This document shows positions 42,646 to 52,418 of a stretch of DNA of 55,124 nt, in pieces (position 1 is the first letter of the stretch; the number at the start of each line of letters is the position of its first letter). A program made the position numbers and the translations under genes. The notes below the pieces were generated by a model that saw only the letters and a program-made list of their open reading frames with translations, was not told the DNA's origin and made no database searches. The stretch comes from Ilumatobacteraceae bacterium (GTDB lineage: Bacteria > Actinomycetota > Acidimicrobiia > Acidimicrobiales > Ilumatobacteraceae): positions 1-55,124 of the forward strand of contig JAIOXC010000001.1 of assembly GCA_021741795.1 (NCBI GenBank), read 5' to 3'.

Positions 42646-45183
42646 GTGCTCCGACTGTCACTAAAAATGACCCTTGCGCGCAAGGGCCGACTTTTTCTTA
42701 CCTCGCTTGCCATCATTCTTGGAACAGGCTTCCTAGCTGGAACGTATATTTTTTCAGACACCCTCAACTCCACATTTGACAGACTATTTTCCGACGTTTT
42801 TAAAGATGTCGACGCATATGTTCGTTCGTCCAGTTTTGTCGAAGCCGAATTTGGCGGTGAACAACGCGGATCAGCACCCATCAGTGCTCTTGAAACCGTG
42901 CTGAGCGTGCCAGGCGTAAAAGATGCAGCACCTGATGTACAGGGTTATGCGCGCATCATCGGCAAAGACGGCAAGCCCATTGGTGCAGACAACGGACCAC
43001 CGACATTTGGTGGCATCGCCTCAGCAAGCGTTGCAGGATTGTGGAATATCGAAGAGGGGCGCCTGCCGGTCGGCCCAACCGAAATGGTCATGGACAAAGC
43101 AACTGCCAAAGCTGGCAAGTTTGCGCTTGGCGACACCGTGCGTATCAATGCCCAATCAGGCAGTCGCGAATTTGCGATGGTTGGCATTGTCAACTACGGC
43201 GACGTCAGTTCTCCAGGTGGCGCAACGTTTGCGTTGTTCGACCAACCAACCGCATCAGAGTTTTTGCTCAAGCCTGGTTTTGTCGATGCATTCTTGGTGC
43301 AAGGTGATGGAACTGTCAGTGACGAGCAACTTACTTCTGCAATCAACGCGGCACTATCGCCTGCCGACAAACTCGAGACGATTACTGGTGCGCAGATCAC
43401 TCAAGAGACACAAGACCAAATTGGTGCCGTACTGAGTTTTCTCACGCTGTTCCTCACCGCATTTTCATTCATTGCTTTGGGCATTGGTTGTTTCGTGATC
43501 TACAACGTATTTTCAATCACCACCGCACAACGTCTCAAAGAGAACGCGTTGTTGCGTGCCATTGGTGCCAATAAGCGCCAAGTTGTCGTCGCGATGATGG
43601 TTGAAGCACTCATCATCGGACTCCTTGGATCCGCACTCGGATTTTTGTCGGGCATTGGGCTATCGCGCGGGTTGAGCGCCATGCTCAATGCGTTTGGTAT
43701 CGAGTTGCCAACAACCGGTCTCACGATTCAAACAAATCGAATCGTGCTGACCATGATTGTCGGCACTGTTATCACGATTCTGTCCGCGATTCTTCCTGCA
43801 CTGCGAGCAGGTCGCGTTCCCCCGTTGGCTGCTTTGCGCGATACAGCACTTGAGAATGTTGGAAGTGTGAAGCGCCGCGTAACAATTGGTGTTGTTGCAA
43901 TGTTGCTTGGCGCCGGCGCCATTACTGCCACCGCTGCTGGTGCATCAAATATCTTGCTCGGTATTGGTGTGCTCTTGGTGTTTGCAGGCGTACTCATCAT
44001 CGGACCAGGAATTGCAAAACCAGTTGCGCTGAGTCTTGGACGTCCAATCGAAAAACTTCGCGGTGTTACAGGTGCGATGGCTCGACAAAATGCGGCGCGC
44101 AATCCAAAACGAACTGCTCGCACGGCTGCACCAGTGCTGATTGGTGTTGCGCTCGTAACTGCCATGACCGTTTTTGCGGCAAGTGTGCGCAGTGAAGTGC
44201 GCACTGCGATCGGCGATCAATTTCAGGGCGACTACATCGTCAGTTCAGCCAATCGCCAATTTGGCGGCCTCGCACCGTCACTCGCTCCAGAACTTGCTGC
44301 GATACCAGGCGTCGCACAGGCAACTGGTCTCGGTTTTACTTCGGTAAACCTTGATGGCTCAGGCAAATTTGTATTAATCATCGACCCTGCAACTGCAAGC
44401 GGTCTCATCACATTCAACATGGTGCAAGGCGATCAGTCAAAACTTTCGGCAAATGGAATCCTCGTCAGTGATACTCGTGCTCTTGCCAAGGGGTGGACGA
44501 TTGGCTCAACTATCGATGTTGCAATGGTTGATGGCACTAAAAAAATAGTCACAGTGGAGGGAACATTTGCATCCAGCGGATTTGGTGGCTCGTACGTTGT
44601 TAACCGAGCCTTTTTCGAAGGAACTCTCAACAACTTGTTTGATACCAACATTTATATTCGACTTGTCGACGGAGCAAATAGTGACCAGGTCTATGACGCA
44701 CTCTTTGGTGCCACCACCGACAAGGGTCTTGGCACGCTGCAGAGCCGCGATGAATTCATTGATGCAGAGTCTGGTCAGATCAATCAAATTCTTGGTTTGA
44801 TTTATGGTCTGCTCGGTCTCTCAATCATCATTGCAATCGTTGGCATCGTCATCACTTTGTTGTTGTCGGTATTTGAACGTAGGCGCGAGATCGGTCTGTT
44901 GCGCGCCATCGGCATGACCCGCTCGCAGGTGCGCACAACCGTGCGTTGGGAAAGCGTAATCACGAGCATGTTTGGTGCCATTGTCGGTGTTGTACTTGGT
45001 GTCGTGATGGGCTTTGTGCTCATACTTATCTTGGCCGACTCGGGTGCCTCGGCGTTCAGTTTGCCGATTGCCGGAACCATCTGGATTTTGGTGTTGTCAT
45101 TTATCGTTGGCGTACTGGCTGCGGTGTATCCAGCACGACGCGCCACCAAAGTTGACATCATGCAATCCATCGCAACGACATAA
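42646..45183 (+). CDS. FtsX/MacB-type ABC permease with two FtsX domains
   Basis: 845 aa. Two blocks of 4 TM helices, each preceded by a large extracytoplasmic domain. GTG start. Confidence 0.8.
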   Translation: MLRLSLKMTLARKGRLFLTSLAIILGTGFLAGTYIFSDTLNSTFDRLFSDVFKDVDAYVRSSSFVEAEFGGEQRGSAPISALETVLSVPGVKDAAPDVQGYARIIGKDGKPIGADNGPPTFGGIASASVAGLWNIEEGRLPVGPTEMVMDKATAKAGKFALGDTVRINAQSGSREFAMVGIVNYGDVSSPGGATFALFDQPTASEFLLKPGFVDAFLVQGDGTVSDEQLTSAINAALSPADKLETITGAQITQETQDQIGAVLSFLTLFLTAFSFIALGIGCFVIYNVFSITTAQRLKENALLRAIGANKRQVVVAMMVEALIIGLLGSALGFLSGIGLSRGLSAMLNAFGIELPTTGLTIQTNRIVLTMIVGTVITILSAILPALRAGRVPPLAALRDTALENVGSVKRRVTIGVVAMLLGAGAITATAAGASNILLGIGVLLVFAGVLIIGPGIAKPVALSLGRPIEKLRGVTGAMARQNAARNPKRTARTAAPVLIGVALVTAMTVFAASVRSEVRTAIGDQFQGDYIVSSANRQFGGLAPSLAPELAAIPGVAQATGLGFTSVNLDGSGKFVLIIDPATASGLITFNMVQGDQSKLSANGILVSDTRALAKGWTIGSTIDVAMVDGTKKIVTVEGTFASSGFGGSYVVNRAFFEGTLNNLFDTNIYIRLVDGANSDQVYDALFGATTDKGLGTLQSRDEFIDAESGQINQILGLIYGLLGLSIIIAIVGIVITLLLSVFERRREIGLLRAIGMTRSQVRTTVRWESVITSMFGAIVGVVLGVVMGFVLILILADSGASAFSLPIAGTIWILVLSFIVGVLAAVYPARRATKVDIMQSIATT

Positions 45184-45185
45184 TT

Positions 45186-45578
45186 GTGAAACCATCAGAG
45201 ATCACTCCTGAGATAGTGCAGTTCTTGACCGAACGTCATCTTGCGACACTCACAACGCTGCGGCAAGATGGCTCACCCCATGTTGTCGCTGTTGGTTTCA
45301 GCTACGACGCCTCAACATGCCGTGCCCGAGTGATCACTTTTTCAACTGCACAAAAAGCTCTAAACGCTGCTCGTGGCGGACGAGCCGCAGTTTCACAAGT
45401 CGACGGCGGACGTTGGCTCACGCTTGAAGGTACCGTGCGTCTCGCGACGATGGACAATGACCCAGACGAAGTGCGTCGAGCAGTTGCTGGTTACGCACAG
45501 CGTTATCAAGATCCCAAAGAGCGCGACAATCGTGTTGCCGTGATTATTGATGTCGACCGCATTATGGGTCGGGCTTAG
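45186..45578 (+). CDS. PPOX-class (pyridoxamine 5'-phosphate oxidase-like, probably F420-dependent) small oxidoreductase
   Basis: 130 aa with the pattern L.TL..DGSPHVV.V.F......R... Confidence 0.6.
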   Translation: MKPSEITPEIVQFLTERHLATLTTLRQDGSPHVVAVGFSYDASTCRARVITFSTAQKALNAARGGRAAVSQVDGGRWLTLEGTVRLATMDNDPDEVRRAVAGYAQRYQDPKERDNRVAVIIDVDRIMGRA

Positions 45579-45594
45579 TTTTTAGTTTTACCTA

Positions 45595-46476
45595 CTAGCC
45601 AGCATCGCGTAGCGAAATAATTTCGTTCATAAATTGCTTGGCAGCGGGGTGACTGTCGCCCACACTTGCATCGCGCTCGAGATACAACGGCGTAAAGTTT
45701 GGTCGCACGAGTGGCTCGTGAGCAGTCTGACAACCTGCGCACCAATACAACACCCGGTTTGCTTCGCCGTGATGATTGACCTTTACCAGATCGCTGCAAC
45801 GTACACATGATTTGCCCTGTCGGCCATAAATTGCCAAGTTGTCCGATGACACATCGGCATTTTGCAACATCTCATGAGCGAGCGTGAGCAATTCTCGACA
45901 CTCGGCACGCTTGAGAGTTCCGATATTGGCATATGGGTGCAACTCGCACGCCCACAAAATCTCGCAACGAAACACATTGCTCACTCCGCGAACAACTCGT
46001 TGATCAAGTAGCACGTCGGCAACTGTCTCATCGCGCTCTTCATACTCCATCATTCGATCTACAGCTTCTTCAATGTCGGCAACAAGAAGTGCGAGGTCTG
46101 GTCCAAGTTTGCCAAGTATCGGGTGACGCCGGGGATCAAAATCGTAATACACGTCGATCTCTGGCGTATCAAAGCACACCGCAACCCAATCTTGCACATC
46201 AATCAAAATGTCTGCGTGCTTTGCATTCTTTCGCCACGTGTCACCTTTGCGATACACGTCCCATGAACTCGTCATCTTCATTCGGGTATTGAGAACGATG
46301 CCGTTGTCCCAAATAATCTCAATGCTCTTATCAAGATTGCGAACTTCTTCTATAGTGTGACCCACCTGAGGCACGATGCTGTCCATTTGTGGTGCTTCAA
46401 ATCGGACCATCTTCTTGCCCAATAACGCAGTGCGTAATGCTGCTGCGTTGTGTTGAACCTTGTTGCCGATGAGCAC
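45595..46476 (-). CDS. Fpg/Nei-family DNA glycosylase homologue lacking the catalytic N-terminal Pro-Glu
   Basis: The H2TH region (LLDQRVVRGVSNVFRCEILW) and zinc finger (CVRC...CAGC) are present. The N-terminus reads M-L-I-G where the family has M-P-E-G. Confidence 0.75.
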   Translation of the reverse strand: MLIGNKVQHNAAALRTALLGKKMVRFEAPQMDSIVPQVGHTIEEVRNLDKSIEIIWDNGIVLNTRMKMTSSWDVYRKGDTWRKNAKHADILIDVQDWVAVCFDTPEIDVYYDFDPRRHPILGKLGPDLALLVADIEEAVDRMMEYEERDETVADVLLDQRVVRGVSNVFRCEILWACELHPYANIGTLKRAECRELLTLAHEMLQNADVSSDNLAIYGRQGKSCVRCSDLVKVNHHGEANRVLYWCAGCQTAHEPLVRPNFTPLYLERDASVGDSHPAAKQFMNEIISLRDAG

Positions 46477-46526
46477 AAGTAAAGATTATTCACACCGTTC
46501 ACCTGAGTGAGGGATATACCGTTAGT

Positions 46527-46871
46527 TTGAACAATGTGAATGAAAAACCTGGCGACGATGAGTTTGTAATCAATCAAGATGACGCCATGGTTCGACGTGC
46601 GGCTCAGCGATACGGCACAGTCGGCGCAATGTTGGCAGGCGGCATGCTGGTATTTGACAAACTGCTCGGCCGAAAACCAAAAGAAGAGGCAGCGGTTGTC
46701 ATTGAGGCTGCAAGCGAACCAGGAAATATTGATGACAACGGCATCACGCTTGTGGTCGATGCCAACACAACGGTCGTTTCACCCCCACCACACCTGCGTC
46801 GACACGACGCCCAGACTGGTCCGCGCGTCGTTGTAAAGCGCAGAAAATCCAATCGCTACAAGGGTTTGTAG
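46527..46871 (+). CDS. hypothetical protein (one hydrophobic segment, basic C-terminus)
   Basis: ORF only. The start is ambiguous (TTG at 46527, GTG at 46536, or a later ATG). Confidence 0.3.
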   Translation: MNNVNEKPGDDEFVINQDDAMVRRAAQRYGTVGAMLAGGMLVFDKLLGRKPKEEAAVVIEAASEPGNIDDNGITLVVDANTTVVSPPPHLRRHDAQTGPRVVVKRRKSNRYKGL

Positions 46872-46874
46872 CCC

Positions 46875-47426
46875 TTAGGGCAGTTGCCCTACCGAAGCCA
46901 ATGCGAGGCGAATGAGCCGATCGTGACCGCTCGTCATTTCTTTACGCATGTGTTCGCTCACTGCTTGTTCAGGTGAAAACCAACCGAGATCGAGCGCTTG
47001 TTGACTCGGTTGACAGTCTCCCGAAACCGGCACGACAAACGCAAGACTCACGGCGTGATGTCGTGGGTCATGAAAACCGCTGATGGTTGGGTCTGGAAAG
47101 TATTCGACGACAGTAAACGGTGCTGGTTCTGGGGGAATTTGCGGAAGCGCAAGCGGCCCAAGGTCTTTTTCGAGATGTCGCAATAACGCTTCACGAATTC
47201 GTTCGCCCAACAGAACGCGACCCGACACGACAGTGCGACTGATGCTGCCGTCGGGTGCTTGGCGCAACAGCATGCCAACCGATGTGACTTGCCCCATGTC
47301 GTCAACCCGCACTGGCACAGCGTCTACGTACACGAGTGGCACTTGCCCACGCACCTGATCGAGGGCGTTTGGGTCCAGCCAATTGGTCTTGATATCGATT
47401 TGGTCACTCATCATTTCTATTGTCAC
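46875..47426 (-). CDS. Nudix-fold protein with a degenerate Nudix box
   Basis: The G-x5-E-x7-R spacing is kept (GRVLLGERIREALLRHLEKDLGP), but the REUXEE glutamates are replaced. Confidence 0.5.
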   Translation of the reverse strand: MTIEMMSDQIDIKTNWLDPNALDQVRGQVPLVYVDAVPVRVDDMGQVTSVGMLLRQAPDGSISRTVVSGRVLLGERIREALLRHLEKDLGPLALPQIPPEPAPFTVVEYFPDPTISGFHDPRHHAVSLAFVVPVSGDCQPSQQALDLGWFSPEQAVSEHMRKEMTSGHDRLIRLALASVGQLP

Positions 47427-47475
47427 AGATGCCAGCAGTCCATCGTGGAATACCTAGTCATGTCACAATGAATAC

Positions 47476-47898
47476 GTGACAAAACAACAACCAGCTGTAA
47501 CAAGCGCCAGAATCATGGCCGCATTCTTATTGACGGCAGGGGTAATGCACTTTGCCAACCCAACCTTTTTTGACAACATCGTTCCACCATGGTTGCCGCC
47601 GAGCGAGCGATTTTGGACCTACATCAGTGGCATTGGCGAAATCTCTATCGGACTAGGTCTGCTCATGAGTGCAACTCGACGACGCGCAGCACTTGCGGCA
47701 TTCGGAATATTTGTTGCGGTCTACCCAGCCAACCTCTATATGGCGTGGGATTGGCGCGATCACGCACTCAGTGACCAACTTGTTGCGTATGGTCGATTGC
47801 CGTTGCAGTTCGGGATGTTTTGGTGGGCGCTCTCGATTGCCCGAGCAAATGCTCTACCAGTTGCCGGCGACGTACTTGGTTTCCAAGAACGCGAGTAG
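47476..47898 (+). CDS. DoxX-like small membrane protein
   Basis: 140 aa with 4 hydrophobic helices. Confidence 0.45.
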   Translation: MTKQQPAVTSARIMAAFLLTAGVMHFANPTFFDNIVPPWLPPSERFWTYISGIGEISIGLGLLMSATRRRAALAAFGIFVAVYPANLYMAWDWRDHALSDQLVAYGRLPLQFGMFWWALSIARANALPVAGDVLGFQERE

Positions 47899-49284
47899 CC
47901 CATCGTGGCCGCCTTCGCGTCCGATACCTGAAGCCTTGACTCCACCAAATGGTGCAGCAGGGTCAGAAACAATTCCACGATTGAAGCCGATCATTCCGGC
48001 CTCTAACGACTCGGCAACGCGCATGCCTTTAGCGGCGTCGCGCGTAAACACGTAGCTCACCAGTCCGTATTCAACATCGTTGGCAAGACGCACCATCTCG
48101 GCGTCATCGTTGCATGCGACTATCGGCGCAACTGGTCCAAAAATTTCGTCTTTCAAAATTTCGTCATCGGGTGAAACATTGGCCAACACTGTGGCCTGAA
48201 ACCCAAATGCTGGTGTCGTTACCGACTTGCCTCCACACAACACCTTTGCTCCCCTGCTCACTGCGCCATCCACCATCTTTGCCACTGACTCTTGTTCGGC
48301 GCGAGACACGAGTGGGCCCAGTGTGGTTGAGGCATCGAGTCCATCGCCCAACACAAGTGCCGACATGCGTGCGGTCAACTTGTCAGTAAATTCTGCAAGC
48401 ACCGAATCGTGCACATAGAAACGATTTGCCGCAGTGCATGCCGCACCACCATTGCGCATCTTTGCGAGCATCGCGCCATCAACGGCTGCATCAACATTGG
48501 CATCACCAAACACAAGAAACGGCGCGTTGCCACCCAGTTCCATGCTGCAGTTGATTACTCGTGGTGCTGCTTGTGCAAGCAAAATCGAACCAACTTTTGT
48601 TGAACCAGTAAAACTCAGTTTGCGAACCTTGCCAGAATCCATCATCGCTGCAACAGCAGGGCCCGATGGATTTGTAACAACGACGTTGACTACGCCAGCT
48701 GGCACACCTGCGCGTTGCAACACGTCGGCAATTGCAAGTGCGGTGAGCGGCGTGTCTTGCGCGGGTTTGAGCACCACTGTGCAACCTGCTGCAAGTGCTG
48801 GCCCAATCTTTCGCGTCGCCATTGCGGCCGGAAAATTCCATGGTGTTGCGAGCAGTGCCACACCAACTGGTTGCCTAGAAACCATCAGCCAATTGGCACC
48901 ACCTGGTGCGCGCCTGTAGTCGCCGTCAATACGCACTGCTTCTTCGCTAAACCATCTAAAAAACTCTGCAGCATAAGCCACTTCTGCTCGCGAGTCGGCA
49001 AGTATTTTGCCCATCTCGAGCGTGATCAAACGTGCCAATTGCTCTTGCTCGGCAATCATGATCTCGAAGGCTTTGCGCAAGATTTCCGCACGCACGCGCG
49101 GTGCAGTTGCACGCCACGAAATAAATGCTTCATCAGCAGCATCTACTGCGAGCAAACAATCGGCTATTGATGCATTGGCAACACTTGCAAGCAACTTGCC
49201 GGTCGCTGGGTTGAGCACATCAATCTGGTTTGCAGAACCCACCCACTCGCCGTTAATGAATGACTGCGTCTTTACATCTTGCAT
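47854..49284 (-). CDS. gabD: NAD(P)-dependent succinate-semialdehyde/aldehyde dehydrogenase
   Basis: ALDH motifs: MELGGNAP (catalytic Glu), GGAACTAANR (Cys) and FTGST. Confidence 0.75.
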   Translation of the reverse strand: MQDVKTQSFINGEWVGSANQIDVLNPATGKLLASVANASIADCLLAVDAADEAFISWRATAPRVRAEILRKAFEIMIAEQEQLARLITLEMGKILADSRAEVAYAAEFFRWFSEEAVRIDGDYRRAPGGANWLMVSRQPVGVALLATPWNFPAAMATRKIGPALAAGCTVVLKPAQDTPLTALAIADVLQRAGVPAGVVNVVVTNPSGPAVAAMMDSGKVRKLSFTGSTKVGSILLAQAAPRVINCSMELGGNAPFLVFGDANVDAAVDGAMLAKMRNGGAACTAANRFYVHDSVLAEFTDKLTARMSALVLGDGLDASTTLGPLVSRAEQESVAKMVDGAVSRGAKVLCGGKSVTTPAFGFQATVLANVSPDDEILKDEIFGPVAPIVACNDDAEMVRLANDVEYGLVSYVFTRDAAKGMRVAESLEAGMIGFNRGIVSDPAAPFGGVKASGIGREGGHDGLLAFLETKYVAGNW

Positions 49285-49288
49285 GTAG

Positions 49289-50143
49289 TTAATCCTTTGT
49301 CAGCTCAACGCCCGCAATTTCTTTAATGCGATCGCGCAAAAAATCAAATGCTGTTTTGTTTTCGGCAATTAACACGTCGTCTGCAGGGTGTAAAAATAGC
49401 GGTGTTGAAACACGCGACCTCGTTGCAGCTTCGCCAACAGGATTAATCACTTGATGTGTTGTGCTCGGGTAAAAACCACCAGTCACATAATTAAGCATGT
49501 CGCCTGCGTTGATTGCAACACTGCCCGGGTCGCATGGCACGTCGTGCCACTTTCCATCGAGGTCACGCACTTGTAAACCCGGCTCATTTGCTGCCGGCAA
49601 CACGGTGATCATGTTGATATCTTCGTGAGCTGCCGCACGCACCGAACCAACTGGCTCGTTGCCTTTCAGTGGCGGGTAATGCAAAATTCGCAACAGCGTT
49701 CGCTTCGTGCCAACAATCATTTCGGAAAGTGGCATCGAGAATGATTTGGAGATGCTTTGCGGCGTATTGGCTTCCACCCACGTCAGTAGCTCTGATGCAA
49801 GCGACCAACCTGCTTGATACATGGCGGCCGCACTTGTCGACTCAACAGTTGGCTGACGACCCCATGGATACCAGTGAAAATACTCCTTGATATCCGGAAG
49901 CGAAGCACCAACTGCCTGCTCAGCTTCTTCGAGTGGACGATATCCATCCTGTCCACCTTCGCCTGGCAAATAATCCCACTTGTTGCCTGTGCGAAAAAAA
50001 TTGAGCCACTCATTTTGTAGTTGTTGCACCATGTCGTACTGAATTGGGTGATTGGTGAGAACGGCAAAACCTGTATTGCGCAACGACTCAGTGAAACGCT
50101 TTGGTGCATCCGGTGCTTGATAATCGACAACTGCGACATCCAT
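49289..50143 (-). CDS. 2-oxoglutarate/Fe(II)-dependent oxygenase (IPNS-like family)
   Basis: AAHEDINMITVL (HxD), a distal His (STTHQV) and R.S. 284 aa, 4 nt upstream of gabD. Confidence 0.7.
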   Translation of the reverse strand: MDVAVVDYQAPDAPKRFTESLRNTGFAVLTNHPIQYDMVQQLQNEWLNFFRTGNKWDYLPGEGGQDGYRPLEEAEQAVGASLPDIKEYFHWYPWGRQPTVESTSAAAMYQAGWSLASELLTWVEANTPQSISKSFSMPLSEMIVGTKRTLLRILHYPPLKGNEPVGSVRAAAHEDINMITVLPAANEPGLQVRDLDGKWHDVPCDPGSVAINAGDMLNYVTGGFYPSTTHQVINPVGEAATRSRVSTPLFLHPADDVLIAENKTAFDFLRDRIKEIAGVELTKD

Positions 50144-50186
50144 TACAACAGCCTACGGACATTCAACGTTGGTCTAGTGTGGCTCG

Positions 50187-51371
50187 GTGGCCCATAAGCG
50201 TTTGATCAATATTTTGCAGATTGCAATGGGTTTTCTTGCAGCCGGCTATGGCGTGATGTTTACAATGCTCGACGACTGGCGCGACAAGTTTGGCATTCAA
50301 GAAACAGGTCTTGGCATCATCATCGCTGCCGGATTCTTTACTTCATTCGTAGCCCAATTGACTATTGCTCCATATGCCGACAAAGGTCACGCGCGTCGGT
50401 TGATGACGTGGGGGGTTGCGGCCAATGTGGTGGGTGCCATCGTGATGGCATACGGATCATCAATGACCGGCTTTATTTGTGGCCGTGTATTAATGGGCAT
50501 CGGAGCCGGCATCGCAATCCCTGCAATCAAGCGCATCGTCATTGTCAGTGACCCAGAAAACATGGGAACCAATTTGGGTCGCGGCGTCGCGATCGAGGTA
50601 GGCGGTTTTGCACTTGGACCAATCATTTCGGCTCTGACAGTTGGCACGTTTGGTTTGGCCGCACCGTTTTTGATCATCGCAGCAATTCTTGTAGTGATGG
50701 TGGCGTTGATTGCGCGCGAAGAAATCGAAGAAACTCCCGCCGAAGATCGCACAACCGAACGCTTTGCTATTGACTTGTTGCGCATCAGACCACTCACTGG
50801 CGCAATACTTATTGGCGTCGCGCTCTACGTGATGATCGGCGTGTTTGATCCGCTGTGGGTAGTGATGATGGACGACATGGGTGCACCTAATTGGGTGGGC
50901 AATGCCGGCATTTCTATTTTTGGAATGCCATGGATTTTGTTTGCAACTGTCGGCGGAACTATCGCCCAAAAATATGGCCCATTTCGAGTCAGTGCTTTCG
51001 GTCTCGCGCTTGGTGCTTTTTACATGACGTCGTACGGATTCATTGGCAGCCCATATTGGATGCTCGGCATCGGCGTCACTCAGTCGGCGCTCGATGCACT
51101 CACCGTCACTGGTACCGGCATCGCAGTCGCTCAAGTTGCTCCGCCAGAGCGTCAAGCGGGTGCATCTGGTTTGCTCGGCGGAATCCAAACACTCACCGGC
51201 GGAATTGTTGCCATGACAGCAGGAAGTGTGTACGAGCACTATGGGCGGCAAACTGCATTTGTTGCTACGGGCATCACTATGTTCACGCTTGTGTGCCTTG
51301 GATGTGTACTTGTTGGACCAAAGTATCTGCGACGGCCAGCCAGTACGAGTGAAGTGGCCATCGCACCTTAA
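50187..51371 (+). CDS. MFS transporter
   Basis: 394 aa with 12 predicted helices; GTG start. Confidence 0.7.
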   Translation: MAHKRLINILQIAMGFLAAGYGVMFTMLDDWRDKFGIQETGLGIIIAAGFFTSFVAQLTIAPYADKGHARRLMTWGVAANVVGAIVMAYGSSMTGFICGRVLMGIGAGIAIPAIKRIVIVSDPENMGTNLGRGVAIEVGGFALGPIISALTVGTFGLAAPFLIIAAILVVMVALIAREEIEETPAEDRTTERFAIDLLRIRPLTGAILIGVALYVMIGVFDPLWVVMMDDMGAPNWVGNAGISIFGMPWILFATVGGTIAQKYGPFRVSAFGLALGAFYMTSYGFIGSPYWMLGIGVTQSALDALTVTGTGIAVAQVAPPERQAGASGLLGGIQTLTGGIVAMTAGSVYEHYGRQTAFVATGITMFTLVCLGCVLVGPKYLRRPASTSEVAIAP

Positions 51372-51391
51372 ATCAAAGATAGATTCACTGC

Positions 51392-52390
51392 ATGGAATTT
51401 AGATATCTCGGCCGTAGCGGCTTCAAAGTCTCAGCAATTAGTTACGGCAACTGGATCACGCACGGCAGCCAAGTAGAAGAAGATGCTGCCAACGCATGTG
51501 TCAAGCGCGCACTCGAACTCGGCATCACCACGTTTGATACAGCTGACGTTTATGCCGGAACTCGCGCCGAAGCCGTGCTTGGTCGTGCACTTGCTGGCGT
51601 GTCACGCGAAAGCATCGAAGTGTTCACCAAGGTCTATTTCCCTACTGGTGGCGGAGTAAACAATCGTGGTTTGTCACGCAAACACATCATGCACTCGATC
51701 GATGCTTCACTCAAGCGACTCAATATGGATCACGTCGATTTGTATCAAGCCCATCGCTACGACGTTGAAACTCCGCTAGAAGAAACGATGCTGGCATTTG
51801 CCGACATCGTGCGCCAAGGCAAAGCTCTGTACATCGGTGTATCCGAGTGGGATGCCGATCAGATCACCCGTGGTGCAGAACTTGCGCGCGAACTACACGT
51901 GCCGTTCATTTCTAACCAACCGCAATACTCAATGCTCTGGCGCGTAATTGACCAAGAAGTTGTGCCAGCAAGTGAGCGCGAAGGACTTTCGCAAATTGTG
52001 TGGTCGCCAATGGCTCAAGGTGTGCTCACGGGTAAGTACTTACCTGGTCAACCACCGCCAGAAGGATCACGAGCAACCGACGAGTTGAGTGGTAAAAACT
52101 TCATCTCGCGTTGGCTCACTGATGACACGCTGACAAAAGTGCAAGAGCTCAAACCAATTGCGGCAGAGGCTGGCATCACGATGGCGCAGATGGCCATCGC
52201 GTGGGTATTGCAAAACAAAAATATTGCATCAGCAATTGTTGGCGCCACTCGCCCAGATCAACTCGACGACAACGTGAAAGCCGCAAACATTGTGCTTGAG
52301 CCAGCAATCTTGTCGGCAATCGACAAGGCACTCGAAGGAATAATCGTCAGCGATCCACGGCTGACCGTGTCACCAAAAACCCGCTTTTAA
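51392..52390 (+). CDS. aldo/keto reductase (Kv-beta-like subgroup)
   Basis: FDTADVY, DLYQAHR and the GVSEW pattern. Confidence 0.85.
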   Translation: MEFRYLGRSGFKVSAISYGNWITHGSQVEEDAANACVKRALELGITTFDTADVYAGTRAEAVLGRALAGVSRESIEVFTKVYFPTGGGVNNRGLSRKHIMHSIDASLKRLNMDHVDLYQAHRYDVETPLEETMLAFADIVRQGKALYIGVSEWDADQITRGAELARELHVPFISNQPQYSMLWRVIDQEVVPASEREGLSQIVWSPMAQGVLTGKYLPGQPPPEGSRATDELSGKNFISRWLTDDTLTKVQELKPIAAEAGITMAQMAIAWVLQNKNIASAIVGATRPDQLDDNVKAANIVLEPAILSAIDKALEGIIVSDPRLTVSPKTRF

Positions 52391-52418
52391 ATTCGCAGTT
52401 CACTTCAATAATTACGGC

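Noticed and set aside
46876-46891. Palindrome TAGGGCA-gt-TGCCCTA between convergent genes, as a possible bidirectional terminator
   Set aside because: A 2-nt loop is sterically impossible, which leaves only about a 5-bp stem. There is no U-tract, and the element lies within the last codons of the Nudix-like gene.
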